From Terriglobia bacterium (GTDB taxonomy: Bacteria > Acidobacteriota > Terriglobia > JAJPHL01 > JAPKYU01), in the NCBI GenBank assembly GCA_965223005.1, contig CBDCVK010000010.1:352001-416000 (forward strand): a stretch of 64,000 nucleotides of DNA, written 5' to 3'. How positions within the stretch are numbered: position 1 is the first letter of the stretch; each line of letters opens with the position of its first letter. The notes beneath the pieces are model-generated. The model made no database searches. It was not told where the DNA came from and saw only the letters and a list, made by a program, of their open reading frames with translations. Shown piece after piece: positions 9,562 to 20,750 of this stretch. Made by a program: the position numbers and the translations under genes.

Positions 9562-9646
9562 AAGCGAGCAACGCCAAGCGAGCGACGCCAAACGAGCAAT
9601 GACAAAGCGAGCAACGACAATTGAGCAACGACAATTGAGCAACGCC
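9562..9646. repeat. Degenerate 14-bp (2x7) tandem repeat, 6 units
   Basis: aagcgagcaacgcc / aagcgagcgacgcc / aaacgagcaatgac(a) / aagcgagcaacgac / aattgagcaacgac / aattgagcaacgcc, directly after the stop codon. Confidence 0.9.
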
Positions 9647-9739
9647 GGAGGGGGTGGACCAATTGTGTACATAATGGGGTTCCGCTGCTCCGCCGTTCGT
9701 TCTGCGCCGGGTGCGCCGGGCGTATAATCAGACGCACGG

Positions 9740-10444
9740 ATGCTCCTCTTTGCGCTGTCCCGCGCCGTGAGGGCGCTTGAGTGGGTTCGCCGGCCTCGTT
9801 CTGTTTCTCTAGTCTTCCGTTCCACTGCGATCCTGTCAGGTAGCTTGGCGCTGCTACTAGCGGGCGGCTGCGGTAGTGGTGAGGCCCCATCGACGAGGAC
9901 CGAGAAACCGGAAGCGACCGAACTACCGAAGAAAGCTACCGGGCGGCAGGCTTTTCAGAACATGTTTGTGGCTGCGCGTTCCTGGGCACGTGATGCGAAG
10001 CCCTTTCACCTCACCAACTTCTATCTAAAGCAGTCCACCGGAGTCGGGGGCTTTGCCACTGCCTGGACCGCCAGCTTCGCCTCTCCCTCCCTGCGGAAGT
10101 ACAAAACCTATACCTACTCCACCGTGAAGACGCGGAACCTGCATGAGGGAGTCTTTGCGGGGCACGATGAGCGGTACGGCGCCGAATCGGAACTTAGCGG
10201 CTCGCCGTTCTTGGTGGCAGGCTTTCGGATTGACAGCAATCAGGCGTTTGAAGTGGCTGAAGCGAAGGGAGGGAAGGCCTTCCGCAAAAAAAATCCTCAG
10301 ACGCCGGTCACCTTCTTGTTGGAGTACAACCGATCCTACCAGGGGCTGGTGTGGCTCGTTTGCTACGACGTAGGATGCACCACCAGTCCCTTCACCGTGT
10401 ACGTGCACGCCTCCACGGGTGGGGTGTTGAAGGTCGCCAGATGA
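9740..10444 (+). CDS. Hypothetical lipoprotein
   Basis: Hydrophobic stretch ending LAGGC. TATAAT at 9723-9728. The ATGA overlap couples it to the next gene. Start uncertain. Confidence 0.6.
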   Translation: MLLFALSRAVRALEWVRRPRSVSLVFRSTAILSGSLALLLAGGCGSGEAPSTRTEKPEATELPKKATGRQAFQNMFVAARSWARDAKPFHLTNFYLKQSTGVGGFATAWTASFASPSLRKYKTYTYSTVKTRNLHEGVFAGHDERYGAESELSGSPFLVAGFRIDSNQAFEVAEAKGGKAFRKKNPQTPVTFLLEYNRSYQGLVWLVCYDVGCTTSPFTVYVHASTGGVLKVAR

Positions 10445-11109
10445 AGCGACAGCCCTCGGGCAAGCGCGCCGCCCCTCCAGGGGCCAGGCCCAGGCGGAGA
10501 CGTTGGGCACTGCTGTTGGTCGCGGTGTTGGTGGCATGCGGGACCATCTACTTGTTGCGGCAGCCGTTGCTGCCGGGCCTGTCTTGGATGCTGGTCGTGG
10601 CTGATCCGTTGGAGAAGGCGGATGCCGCCGTGGTGCTGGGTGGCGACAATAGCTACGCAGGCTACCGCGTCCGTGCCGCCGTTCACCTGTACCGTAAGGG
10701 CTGGGTCCGCAAAGTGGTGCTGAGTGGTCCGAAATGGGGCTATGGCATTCACGAGACGGAGCTCTCGGTGCCGCTGGCAGTTTCGCAAGGAATCCGCAAG
10801 GAGGACCTGCTCTTCATCCCCCACGCCGCCCGTTCCACTTGGCAGGAAGCGCAATTGCTGACCGGCATGCTAGAGCGCAGAGGTATCCGCTCGCTCTACG
10901 TGGTGACTTCCAACTATCACACCCGCCGCGCCCGCCGCGCGTTTCTTCGCGCCAGCCGAGGGCGCCTGCGCGTGCTGGCTTATCCCGCCCCCGACGATTG
11001 GTTTGAGCCTCGGCGCTGGTGGCAGTCCCGCGATGGGCGCAAGATCTTCGTCTTGGAATGCCTGAAGAGCGTGAATTCTCTGCTGGAGGAGGCCCTCCGC
11101 TCTGGATGA
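10441..11109 (+). CDS. YdcF/DUF218 family protein
   Basis: ADAAVVLGG, STWQEA, VVTSNYHTRRA; N-terminal TM. Confidence 0.9.
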   Translation: MKRQPSGKRAAPPGARPRRRRWALLLVAVLVACGTIYLLRQPLLPGLSWMLVVADPLEKADAAVVLGGDNSYAGYRVRAAVHLYRKGWVRKVVLSGPKWGYGIHETELSVPLAVSQGIRKEDLLFIPHAARSTWQEAQLLTGMLERRGIRSLYVVTSNYHTRRARRAFLRASRGRLRVLAYPAPDDWFEPRRWWQSRDGRKIFVLECLKSVNSLLEEALRSG

Positions 11110-11199
11110 CGCCTCAGCCCGATGGCTAGCAGTGCGGCAGCGCCCATGCGGGGCCGCACGACCGTCTTTTGTCGTAGAAAACCAGAATCGAGCCTGTTT

Positions 11200-11229
11200 T
11201 TGACAGGCAGGCGGATCGCAGGGTAGGCT
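11200..11229 (+). promoter_or_regulatory. Sigma70-type promoter
   Basis: TTGACA-N18-TAGGCT, 18 nt upstream of ATG 11248. Confidence 0.55.
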
Positions 11230-11247
11230 GATGGGCAGCGGCGCCAG

Positions 11248-12357
11248 ATGAGACAGCCACTCGCCTGCTTCCTCCTCTTCGTCCTCTCGGGGTCAAGCGC
11301 GTGTAAAAAGCAGTTGGCTATACCGCACCGCGAACTGGTATTCGTGGCCGCCGAACGCGGCAACGTGGTGACGGTCATTGACCTGGACCGCGTGAGCACG
11401 GTCGCTTCCATCCCCGTTAGCCGTGCTCCCGTCGCGGTACGCGCCGGCCCGGTTCGCAACGAGGTTTACGTGGCGACGCGAGCCGGGCGCTTGGAAGTGA
11501 TTGATGCTGTGCGATTGCAGCTAGATGCCAGCATAGCGGTGGCCGGGAGCCCGGTGCGGCTGGAGGTCAACGCAGCCGGCAACACCGCCTTTGTGTTGAG
11601 CCGGGTGGAGCCTGCGGTCCACATCGTGGACCTGCGTGAGCGCCGGGTAATCAACACGATTCAGTTGGATCCAGGCTGCGAGCCTGTGGCCTGGAAGCCG
11701 GCCCTTGACCGCAATTTACTGTGCGTGGGCGACGCCGCTGGTCGGCAGCTTCTAATCTTAGACTTGGCAAAGGGGACGGTAGTGGCGCGGGTACCCCTGC
11801 CGGCCGCGCCCGCTTGGCTAGAGATCTTGCCCGATAGTTCTCAGGCCTTCGCCGCCCAGCCCGACGCCAGCCAAGTTTCCGCGGTGGACTTGCAGCAGAG
11901 GAAGCTGCTGGTCCACCTGCCGGTCGGCATGCGGCCAGTGCATTTGGCGCTGAAACCGGATGGCGGCGAAATGATCGTCAGCAATGCCGGCTCGAATTCC
12001 ATCACCATCCTGAGCACCTACACCGACGAAGTCGCCCTGACGATGCCGGTGGGCGCCGAGCCGGTCGAAACGCTGTTCAGCGGCGACGGCGCCCGTGGCT
12101 ACGTCGCCAATTTCGCTTCCAACAGCGTCAGCGTGCTGGACATCGAGACCCGCGAGCTTCTGGCGGACGTTCCTACCGGCGCCGGACCCTTCCGCCTGGC
12201 GCTGACTGCCGACGAGCGCTTCCTGCTGGTGCTGAACTCTCACTCGAACGACATGGCCGTTCTCCGCGTTCAGGCTAACCCCATCTCCCTACTCACCATC
12301 CTGCCGGTTGGGGTGGGGCCGAGTGACCTGGCGGTGAAGATAGTGCCGAAACAGTAG
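11248..12357 (+). CDS. YncE/YVTN-type beta-propeller lipoprotein
   Basis: Lipobox SSAC; repeated YVAN-x-x-S-N-SVSV-x-D...VG-x-x-P blades. Confidence 0.85.
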   Translation: MRQPLACFLLFVLSGSSACKKQLAIPHRELVFVAAERGNVVTVIDLDRVSTVASIPVSRAPVAVRAGPVRNEVYVATRAGRLEVIDAVRLQLDASIAVAGSPVRLEVNAAGNTAFVLSRVEPAVHIVDLRERRVINTIQLDPGCEPVAWKPALDRNLLCVGDAAGRQLLILDLAKGTVVARVPLPAAPAWLEILPDSSQAFAAQPDASQVSAVDLQQRKLLVHLPVGMRPVHLALKPDGGEMIVSNAGSNSITILSTYTDEVALTMPVGAEPVETLFSGDGARGYVANFASNSVSVLDIETRELLADVPTGAGPFRLALTADERFLLVLNSHSNDMAVLRVQANPISLLTILPVGVGPSDLAVKIVPKQ

Positions 12358-12462
12358 GCAGCAGGCAGTGGGCGGGGTACAGTCGGCGGGGTTCGGTGGG
12401 GCAGGCTTTCCCGTTCCTACCGGCGACTGCTCACTGCCGCAGCCGACTTTTCTACAGCCGAC
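12352..12462. repeat. Inverted array of degenerate heptamers (CAGTAGG-like) between convergent genes; possible bidirectional terminator
   Basis: cagtagg cagcagg cagtggg cggggta cagtcgg cggggtt cggtggg, followed by complementary-type units cctaccg gcgactg ctcactg ... ccgac. Confidence 0.6.
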
Positions 12463-12475
12463 CAGGGGAACGAGG

Positions 12476-13618
12476 TTACCTTCTTCTTTTTCTCTTGGGG
12501 GGAGGCAGTTTCTTCAGGATTCCCCCGGCCGCTTGAGCATAGGCGCCGCCCATTTCCACACACCGCTCCAACACGGTGCGGGCTTCTTCGTTACGGATGA
12601 GCTTGGCATAGCCCCAGCCTTGGAAGAAAAGCACCGGGCTGAGGGCTTGCACGTTGCCTTCCAGTAGCGGGGCAGCAGCCTCCAGCTCCTTCAAGGCGTC
12701 CTCGATCTTTTCTTGCATCATCAGGACGCGGCCCATAATCGAATGTCCAGCGCCGCGAAAGTTGTTCAGATGGTGCTCCCAATCGGCCTCGGCCACCCCT
12801 TCCGGGGCGCTCTTGGTCTGCACCACCTCGAGCAGACGCTCCCCAAGCTGCCGTACTTCTTCCACTTCTTCGGGCTTGCGGCCCTCGGTTTGAGCCATTA
12901 ATTGATGGGTGCGGGTCTCAGCCAGCAGCAGCAGCATGCTCTCGTTTTCCGGCTCGGCCGCAATCGCCTTCTCCGCAGACTCCAACATCTTGGGGACGTC
13001 GCCGAGCATCTGGTAGGTTACTGCGTAGAGCGCGGGCAGCTGCTTGATCTGTTCGCTTTCCGGAAAGCTCTGGGCGAACGAGTCCAGGTATTTCACCCGC
13101 TCCGGCGTGGTATCTTGCGCCGCAGCCTGGAACAGCGCATATTCCAGAAACACCAGGTAGCTGTCTAGCTTCGCATGCTCCGCGTCAAACTCATCATCAT
13201 CGTAGTCCTCCATAGGATCAGCTTTGGCCTTCTTATGGAGGGGCACGGCCGCCACGCTCCACTTGTGGACGCGGGCGTAGTCCTTCGTTTCCATCGAGGC
13301 GCGAACCAGGTTCAGGATCGAATCCAGGTCTTCGTCGTCGGCGTCGGCCGCCATCTCGCCGTACTCGACCGCCTTGTCGTACTGTTTCAGGTCCAGGTAG
13401 GCTGCCGAGAACATCTGGTAGGTGTAAGGCAGAGCCTCGCTGCCGGCGAACTTCTGGGTGAACTCCTCCAGCATCGCCAGACGCTTCTTGGTGTCAGGCT
13501 GCCCCTCGATCTCCATGAGCCTCTTATCTTCCGGAGAGTCGGTGACAATTTTGTACTTCTTCTCTCCCCAGGTGGGAATGGCCAAAAGCAGGACAAACAC
13601 CAAAGCCCATTTCTTCAT
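12476..13618 (-). CDS. Exported TPR-like helical repeat protein
   Basis: Signal peptide MKKWALVFVLLLAIPTWG; A-x-x-Y...KA-type TPR helices; -10 TATACT at 13693-13698. Confidence 0.75.
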   Translation of the reverse strand: MKKWALVFVLLLAIPTWGEKKYKIVTDSPEDKRLMEIEGQPDTKKRLAMLEEFTQKFAGSEALPYTYQMFSAAYLDLKQYDKAVEYGEMAADADDEDLDSILNLVRASMETKDYARVHKWSVAAVPLHKKAKADPMEDYDDDEFDAEHAKLDSYLVFLEYALFQAAAQDTTPERVKYLDSFAQSFPESEQIKQLPALYAVTYQMLGDVPKMLESAEKAIAAEPENESMLLLLAETRTHQLMAQTEGRKPEEVEEVRQLGERLLEVVQTKSAPEGVAEADWEHHLNNFRGAGHSIMGRVLMMQEKIEDALKELEAAAPLLEGNVQALSPVLFFQGWGYAKLIRNEEARTVLERCVEMGGAYAQAAGGILKKLPPPKRKRRR

Positions 13619-13732
13619 CGGAACCTCCCAGCGCTGATCCGGCCAGGCGCTGATCTGGCCTTTTTACCACAAATGGCAACGGAAGGCACTGCAGTATAAC
13701 GGCCGTCCAGCCGTAAGGCGTTCGCGCCTCGC

Positions 13733-14743
13733 TTACGGGCCAAACAGTCCCGCTTGGGCGGGTGCCTGCGGAGCTTCCACCGGGTAGGCGCGGGGGCTCG
13801 GCAACAGCCCATACTGCTCCCTCAGACGGCCGACTAACTTCTGAAGGCGCTGTTGATAGCGATCGCCCAGGTAGGCGCCGCGCTGATAGCTCCTCCGGTA
13901 GGCCGCAACCAGGTGTGGGAATTCGGTTTCCAGGAAGGGGAAGAACTGCTTTTGCGCTGAGGGCATCAAGAACAACGCCGAGGCCATGAAATGGCGAGCG
14001 CCGGCCGCCGCTGCCTCTCGCGCCACCGCCTGCAGGTCATTCGGGTTATCGGTGATGGCTGGCAGAATTGGAGCGGCGAAAACTCCAACCCAGACGCCGC
14101 CTTCGGCCAGACGGCGCACGGCAGACAGGCGCAAGTCGGGACAGGGCGCGCGCGGCTCCAGCGCCCGTGCCAGCGGGGCATGCAAGGTGGTGATGGTCAC
14201 GTTCACGTGAACAGAGTTGCACCTGCCGATCCGCCGCAGCAGGCTGAGGTCGCGCACAACCAGGTCGGATTTCGTCGTGATCGAGAGCCGCACTCCGCGC
14301 GCCCTCTCGGCGATCACTTCCAGAATCTGCCGGGTGACGCCAAAGCGGCGCTCGGCCGGCTGGTAGGGGTCGGTGGCCGCGCCGATGGCAATCTCAGCGC
14401 CCTCTGCCTTCTTCAGCTCGGCCCGAAGCAGCTCAGCCGCGCGCTGCTTGGCGTAGATGCGGTTCTCGAACAGCCCACCATCCAGCTCCATGTACTCGTG
14501 CGTATAGCGCGCGTAGCAATACTTGCAGCCGAATTCACAGCCCCGATAGGGGTTGATGGTGTAGTCAAACGGCACGCGGCTGCTGTCGCAGCGGTTCAGG
14601 ATGCTGCGGACCGGCAGCGATCGATACTCCACCTGCGTCTTGGCGCCGAGTGAGGGGCTTTCGGCGGCTAGCCGGGCGATGCCCACGAGCCGACTGGAGC
14701 GCTGCTGTGGGGGCGGCCAGGAAGCCAGGGTGAGTTGGGACAC
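13733..14743 (-). CDS. Radical SAM protein, spore-photoproduct-lyase-like (PA0069/Rv2578c-type) putative DNA repair enzyme
   Basis: INPYRGCEFGCKYCYAR, TDPYQPAE, ITTKS, LEPRAP. Confidence 0.88.
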   Translation of the reverse strand: MSQLTLASWPPPQQRSSRLVGIARLAAESPSLGAKTQVEYRSLPVRSILNRCDSSRVPFDYTINPYRGCEFGCKYCYARYTHEYMELDGGLFENRIYAKQRAAELLRAELKKAEGAEIAIGAATDPYQPAERRFGVTRQILEVIAERARGVRLSITTKSDLVVRDLSLLRRIGRCNSVHVNVTITTLHAPLARALEPRAPCPDLRLSAVRRLAEGGVWVGVFAAPILPAITDNPNDLQAVAREAAAAGARHFMASALFLMPSAQKQFFPFLETEFPHLVAAYRRSYQRGAYLGDRYQQRLQKLVGRLREQYGLLPSPRAYPVEAPQAPAQAGLFGP

Positions 14744-14750
14744 GGCCTGT

Positions 14751-14777
14751 GTTCGCTTTTTATTCGCCTCCTGTCAA
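14751..14777 (-). promoter_or_regulatory. Putative LexA (SOS) box plus -35 of the radical SAM gene
   Basis: GTTC-gcttttt-ATTC at 14751-14765 (one mismatch to GTTC-N7-GTTC); TTGACA on the minus strand at 14772-14777. Confidence 0.6.
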
Positions 14778-14839
14778 GCTTTTCTGAGGGCACTTTGTGG
14801 GTCCTTTTGCTCCACGCCCGAGCCGTAAGCCTGCACGCG

Positions 14840-14869
14840 TTGACAAGCTTGCAAGAGCAAAGGTAGATT
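14840..14869 (+). promoter_or_regulatory. Sigma70-type promoter of acs
   Basis: TTGACA-N18-TAGATT. Confidence 0.55.
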
Positions 14870-14974
14870 CGAGGCTTGCATTCGGACTGCGGGTTCCGCA
14901 TTTAACCCCGGCCACCAACCAAGAGCTATCAGCCCCTGCCCGGGCATGCAGACTCTCACCTAACGGAGCAAAAG

Positions 14975-16963
<1,989 letters not shown>

Positions 16964-17050
16964 GTTCCGGCAGAGCTGCCGTCGAACTCCCGGACGACAA
17001 TAATGCCGATTTACCCCGAATAGGACGTATGGCGGGCATGGGGTGAAAGG

Positions 17051-17365
17051 ATGCTGTCCAATAAGAAGATTCTCTTAGTTGCGGTGCTGCTCAGTTGCAT
17101 TACCTCAGGGGCTTACGCGTGCATGTGGTTGGGCCCATCTTGGAGCTACTCGTTTTGCAGTCAGATTGCCCTCCTCGGTTTCCCGGGAATTCTGATCGCG
17201 GTGGTGCTGTTGGGCATCTTGCTCGGAACTGCACATGGTGGCGGACCGCTTGCCGCAATGTTAGCTATCTCTACTCCGATCAACTTCCTGTTCTATGGAG
17301 GAATGGGCGTAGCCGCACGAGCTGTGTGGAAAGTGTTGAAGAGAAGGGGTAACAAGTCAACATGA
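17051..17365 (+). CDS. Small hypothetical membrane protein
   Basis: 104 aa with about 3 hydrophobic segments; AAGG SD; fills the intergenic gap. Confidence 0.55.
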   Translation: MLSNKKILLVAVLLSCITSGAYACMWLGPSWSYSFCSQIALLGFPGILIAVVLLGILLGTAHGGGPLAAMLAISTPINFLFYGGMGVAARAVWKVLKRRGNKST

Positions 17366-17377
17366 GGGGCCGCTGCG

Positions 17378-18532
17378 TTACAAAGCGGCTAGCAGGTGGG
17401 CCAGCAGGGCGGCGCGCTTGGGCAACTCCTCTACCACAATGCTTTCGTGAAGGGCGTGGGCGCCCTCGCCGACGCCGCCAAGCCCGTCCAGGGTGGGCAC
17501 GCCGAGAGCGGCGGTGAAGTTTCCGTCCGAGCCCCCGCCGGCGCTGCACTCCTCAAGCTCCATCCCGAGCGGTCGGGCCAGTTGTCGGGCCCGACGAAAC
17601 AGCGCAGCGATGGCAGCGGTGCGCTCCATGGGCGGACGGTTCAGCTCGCCCTCCACTTCGAGCCGAGTGCGCTTGTCGAAGGGGCGCAGCGAGGCGAATT
17701 GCTTTTCCAGGTACTGCTGGTCGGTCAGGTGCACCAGGCGCGCGTCAATGTGCGCCCAAGCACGTTCGGCCACGACGTTGCTGCGGGTGCCGCCGCCGAT
17801 GACCCCCGCGTTGACGGTGATGCCGCGCCGCAGTCGGGTGAACCGCGCGACCCGCACCAGTTGCCGCGCGAGCTCCACAGTGGCGCTGGCGCCGGCGGCA
17901 AAATCCAGCCCGGCGTGGGCAGCGCGGCCATGCACCGTCAGCCCGTACTCACCCACCCCCTTGCGCGCTGTCTTCAAGGCGCCACGCAAACCGCTGGCCG
18001 GTTCCACCACCAGCGCGGCATCGCAGCCGCGGGCCAGCTTCTCGATGATGGGGCGCGAGGAGGGGCTACCCACTTCCTCGTCGCTGGTCAGTAGCAGGGT
18101 CACGCGTTTGCGCACCGGAGTCCGCAGGCGCCGCAGGGCGGCCAGGGCGAACAGCGCCGCTGTGATGCCCGACTTCATGTCCAGGATGCCCGGGCCACAG
18201 GCGCGCCCGTTCCGCACGCGGAACGGCATGCGCCGCAGCGTTCCCAGCTCCCACACTGTATCGATGTGACCCAGCACCAACAAGCGCCCGGCCGGACGGC
18301 GTCCGCCCTCGGGGAAAGCGAAATCGGCCTGCAGGTGATCGCCAAAATCGGCGCTGCGATGGCGGGTCAGGCGCGCTCCCAGGCGCTCCAGGCGGCCGGC
18401 GACCAAGGCGCCGCAGCGGTCCACAGCCGCCTTGTCCAGGCTTGGCGATTCACACTCTACCATCTGCCGCAGGGTGCCCAGCATCTCCTGGCGGCGCTCG
18501 CGGATGAATTGTAGGATGGCATCGGTTGGCAT
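17378..18532 (-). CDS. M20 metallopeptidase (glutamate carboxypeptidase/CPG2-like)
   Basis: GHIDTV, GPGILDMKSG, SDEEVGS, GGGSDGN, GAHA. Start reassigned to MPTDAIL so it does not overlap fabZ. Confidence 0.9.
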   Translation of the reverse strand: MPTDAILQFIRERRQEMLGTLRQMVECESPSLDKAAVDRCGALVAGRLERLGARLTRHRSADFGDHLQADFAFPEGGRRPAGRLLVLGHIDTVWELGTLRRMPFRVRNGRACGPGILDMKSGITAALFALAALRRLRTPVRKRVTLLLTSDEEVGSPSSRPIIEKLARGCDAALVVEPASGLRGALKTARKGVGEYGLTVHGRAAHAGLDFAAGASATVELARQLVRVARFTRLRRGITVNAGVIGGGTRSNVVAERAWAHIDARLVHLTDQQYLEKQFASLRPFDKRTRLEVEGELNRPPMERTAAIAALFRRARQLARPLGMELEECSAGGGSDGNFTAALGVPTLDGLGGVGEGAHALHESIVVEELPKRAALLAHLLAAL

Positions 18533-18610
18533 ATACTTTCGGCTTACCCTGGAATCGCTGTCCAATCTGCCGCCTGCGCGGCCGGTGGGAGTATAGCACT
18601 GGCGCTCGCC

Positions 18611-19081
18611 ATGCCTCTGAGCCTGGACGTCAACGAAATTCAAAAGGTGCTTCCGCATCGTTATCCGTTTCTGCTGGTGGACGCGATTGTCGAACTGGAG
18701 CCCCTGAAGCGGATCGTCGGCTTGAAGAACGTCACCATCAACGAACCCTGGTTCGCCGGTCATTTTCCCGGCTACCCGATCATGCCCGGAGTGCTGATCG
18801 TGGAGGCGATGGCGCAGACCGGCGGGGTGCTGCTGCTGCGCGACGTTCCCGATCGCGACCGCAAGCTGGTCCTGTTCACTGCCATCGAGGAGGCCAAGTT
18901 CCGCCGCCCGGTCCTGCCCGGCGACCAGTTGCGGTTGGAGTTGGAGGTGCTGGCGCTGCGCAACACGGTTTGCAAGATGCGCGCCCGGGCCACGGTGGAC
19001 GGCCGGCTGGTGGCTGAGGCAGTCATCATGTGCATCATCGCTGATCGCGAAACAGTGCAAAAGCCGGCCTCCCGCCCCTGA
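18611..19081 (+). CDS. fabZ: 3-hydroxyacyl-ACP dehydratase
   Basis: LPHRYPFLLVD, GHFPGYPIMPGVLIVEAMAQ. Confidence 0.97.
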   Translation: MPLSLDVNEIQKVLPHRYPFLLVDAIVELEPLKRIVGLKNVTINEPWFAGHFPGYPIMPGVLIVEAMAQTGGVLLLRDVPDRDRKLVLFTAIEEAKFRRPVLPGDQLRLELEVLALRNTVCKMRARATVDGRLVAEAVIMCIIADRETVQKPASRP

Positions 19082-19089
19082 CAGTCTCG

Positions 19090-19860
19090 ATGATCCACCC
19101 CACGGCCATCATCCACCCTTCGGCGCGTGTGGACCCCAATGCCTCGGTGGGCCCCTACTGCGTCGTCGAGGCGGAGGCGGAGATTGGCGCCGGCTGCGAA
19201 CTGCTGGCGCACGTCTTCGTGACCGGGCCGATCCGCATCGGCCAGCGCAACCGTTTCTTCCCCTACAGCACGATTGGGGTCGAACCGCAGGACCTGAAGT
19301 TCAAGGGCGAGCGCAGCGAGACAGTAATCGGCAGCGACAATATCTTCCGCGAGTTTGTCACCGTGCACCGGGGAACGGAAGGGGGCGGCGCCCTGACCAA
19401 GATCGGCGATGGCTGCCTGCTGCAGGCCTACTCCCACGTCGCCCACGATTGCCAAATCGGAAACCGGGTGATCTTGGGCCACGGAATGACCATGGCCGGG
19501 CACGTGGTGATTGAAGAGGGCGCGTTTGTCGGAGCGTTCAGCGGCATCCACCAATACTGCCGGGTGGGACGCCACTCGATTATCGGCGGCTACAGCGTCA
19601 TCACCAAGGACGTTCTGCCTTTCTCGAAAACCGTGGCCGAACGCGAGGTAAAGACCTTCGGAGTGAACAAGGTGGGCCTGGAGCGGCACGGCTTCAGCAT
19701 CGAGCGCATCCAGCGCCTGCATCACGCCCTCCGGCTGCTGACCTCCTCGAAACTGAATACCAGCCAGGCCCTGGAGCGCATTCGTGCCGACGGGATGAAT
19801 GAAGACCTTGAGACGCTGGTGAGCTTCATCACCAGCTCCGAACGCGGCGTCATCAAGTGA
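19090..19860 (+). CDS. lpxA: UDP-N-acetylglucosamine acyltransferase
   Basis: Hexapeptide repeats, PQDLKF, HVAHDC, IHQYCRVG. Confidence 0.96.
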   Translation: MIHPTAIIHPSARVDPNASVGPYCVVEAEAEIGAGCELLAHVFVTGPIRIGQRNRFFPYSTIGVEPQDLKFKGERSETVIGSDNIFREFVTVHRGTEGGGALTKIGDGCLLQAYSHVAHDCQIGNRVILGHGMTMAGHVVIEEGAFVGAFSGIHQYCRVGRHSIIGGYSVITKDVLPFSKTVAEREVKTFGVNKVGLERHGFSIERIQRLHHALRLLTSSKLNTSQALERIRADGMNEDLETLVSFITSSERGVIK

Positions 19861-20750
19861 ATCAATCTCCGAGGAGTCAGTTGTCGGAGGACCGTTACGC
19901 GCTGATCGCCGGCAACGGGCGCTTCCCCTTCTTGGTGCTGGAAGCGGCCCGCACCAGCGGCCGGCCCATGCTGGTGACCGCCATTCGCCAAGAAGCCGAC
20001 CCGGAGCTGGAACGGCTGGCCGCCGGCTTTCACTGGATCGGTCTGGGTGAGCTTTCCCGGCTCATTGACCTGCTCAAGAGCCAGGGCATTACTCACGCCG
20101 TCATGGCCGGCCAGGTGAAGCACGCACAAATCTTCTCCTCCATCCGGCCGGACTGGCGGCTGCTGAAACTGCTGGGATCGCTCTCAAAGAAGAACACCGA
20201 CTCGCTGCTGGGCGCCGTGGCCGGAGCGCTGGCCGAGGAAGGAATTACGTTGCTGGACTCCACCACGTTCCTGAAGCCGTTGCTGGCCGGCGCCGGCGTA
20301 CTGAGCGGCCGGGCCCCGGATGCCGAAGAGTGTGCCAATGTTGAATACGGGCTGCAGGTGGCAAGGACGCTGGCCCGGCTTGACATTGGCCAAACGGTGG
20401 TGGTGGCCGAGCGCGCCTGCGTCGCGGTGGAAGCCATGGAGGGGACCGATGCCACCCTCCTTCGGGCGGCCTCGCTGAGCCGTGGGCGCCCACTAACCGT
20501 GGTCAAGGTGGCCAAGCCGGCACAGGACCTGCGCTTCGACGTACCGGTCATCGGGCCCGCCACGATTCGTACCATGCAGCAGGCTCATGCCACCGCCCTT
20601 TCGGTGGAGGCCGGCAAGACTCTTCTGCTGGACCGGCAGGAGCTGCTTCGGCTGGCCGAGGAGGCTGGAGTGGCCATTGTGGGAACGCTAGGCGAGGAGG
20701 GAGGCAAGGGGAGCGTTGCGGGCGAAGCCGCCCAATCACAAACGCCATGA
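19857..20750 (+). CDS. lpxI: UDP-2,3-diacylglucosamine diphosphatase LpxI
   Basis: LIAGNGRFP, DIGQTVVV, AVEAMEGTD, QDLRFDVP. Confidence 0.93.
   Translation: MNQSPRSQLSEDRYALIAGNGRFPFLVLEAARTSGRPMLVTAIRQEADPELERLAAGFHWIGLGELSRLIDLLKSQGITHAVMAGQVKHAQIFSSIRPDWRLLKLLGSLSKKNTDSLLGAVAGALAEEGITLLDSTTFLKPLLAGAGVLSGRAPDAEECANVEYGLQVARTLARLDIGQTVVVAERACVAVEAMEGTDATLLRAASLSRGRPLTVVKVAKPAQDLRFDVPVIGPATIRTMQQAHATALSVEAGKTLLLDRQELLRLAEEAGVAIVGTLGEEGGKGSVAGEAAQSQTP

Noticed and set aside
9562-9646. CRISPR array
   Set aside because: Units are 14 bp, contiguous and have no unique spacers; there are no cas genes in the window.
12476-12510. NLS-like tail PPPKRKRRR on the TPR protein, suggesting a host effector
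   Set aside because: Basic tails are common in GC-rich genomes and there is no effector-secretion context.
18533-19060. N-terminal extensions in the ORF track (M20; also 5340 ORF, namZ, glgB, MFS, ATPase, second TBDR)
   Set aside because: They overlap neighbouring real genes; downstream starts give proper signal peptides or stop-start coupling.
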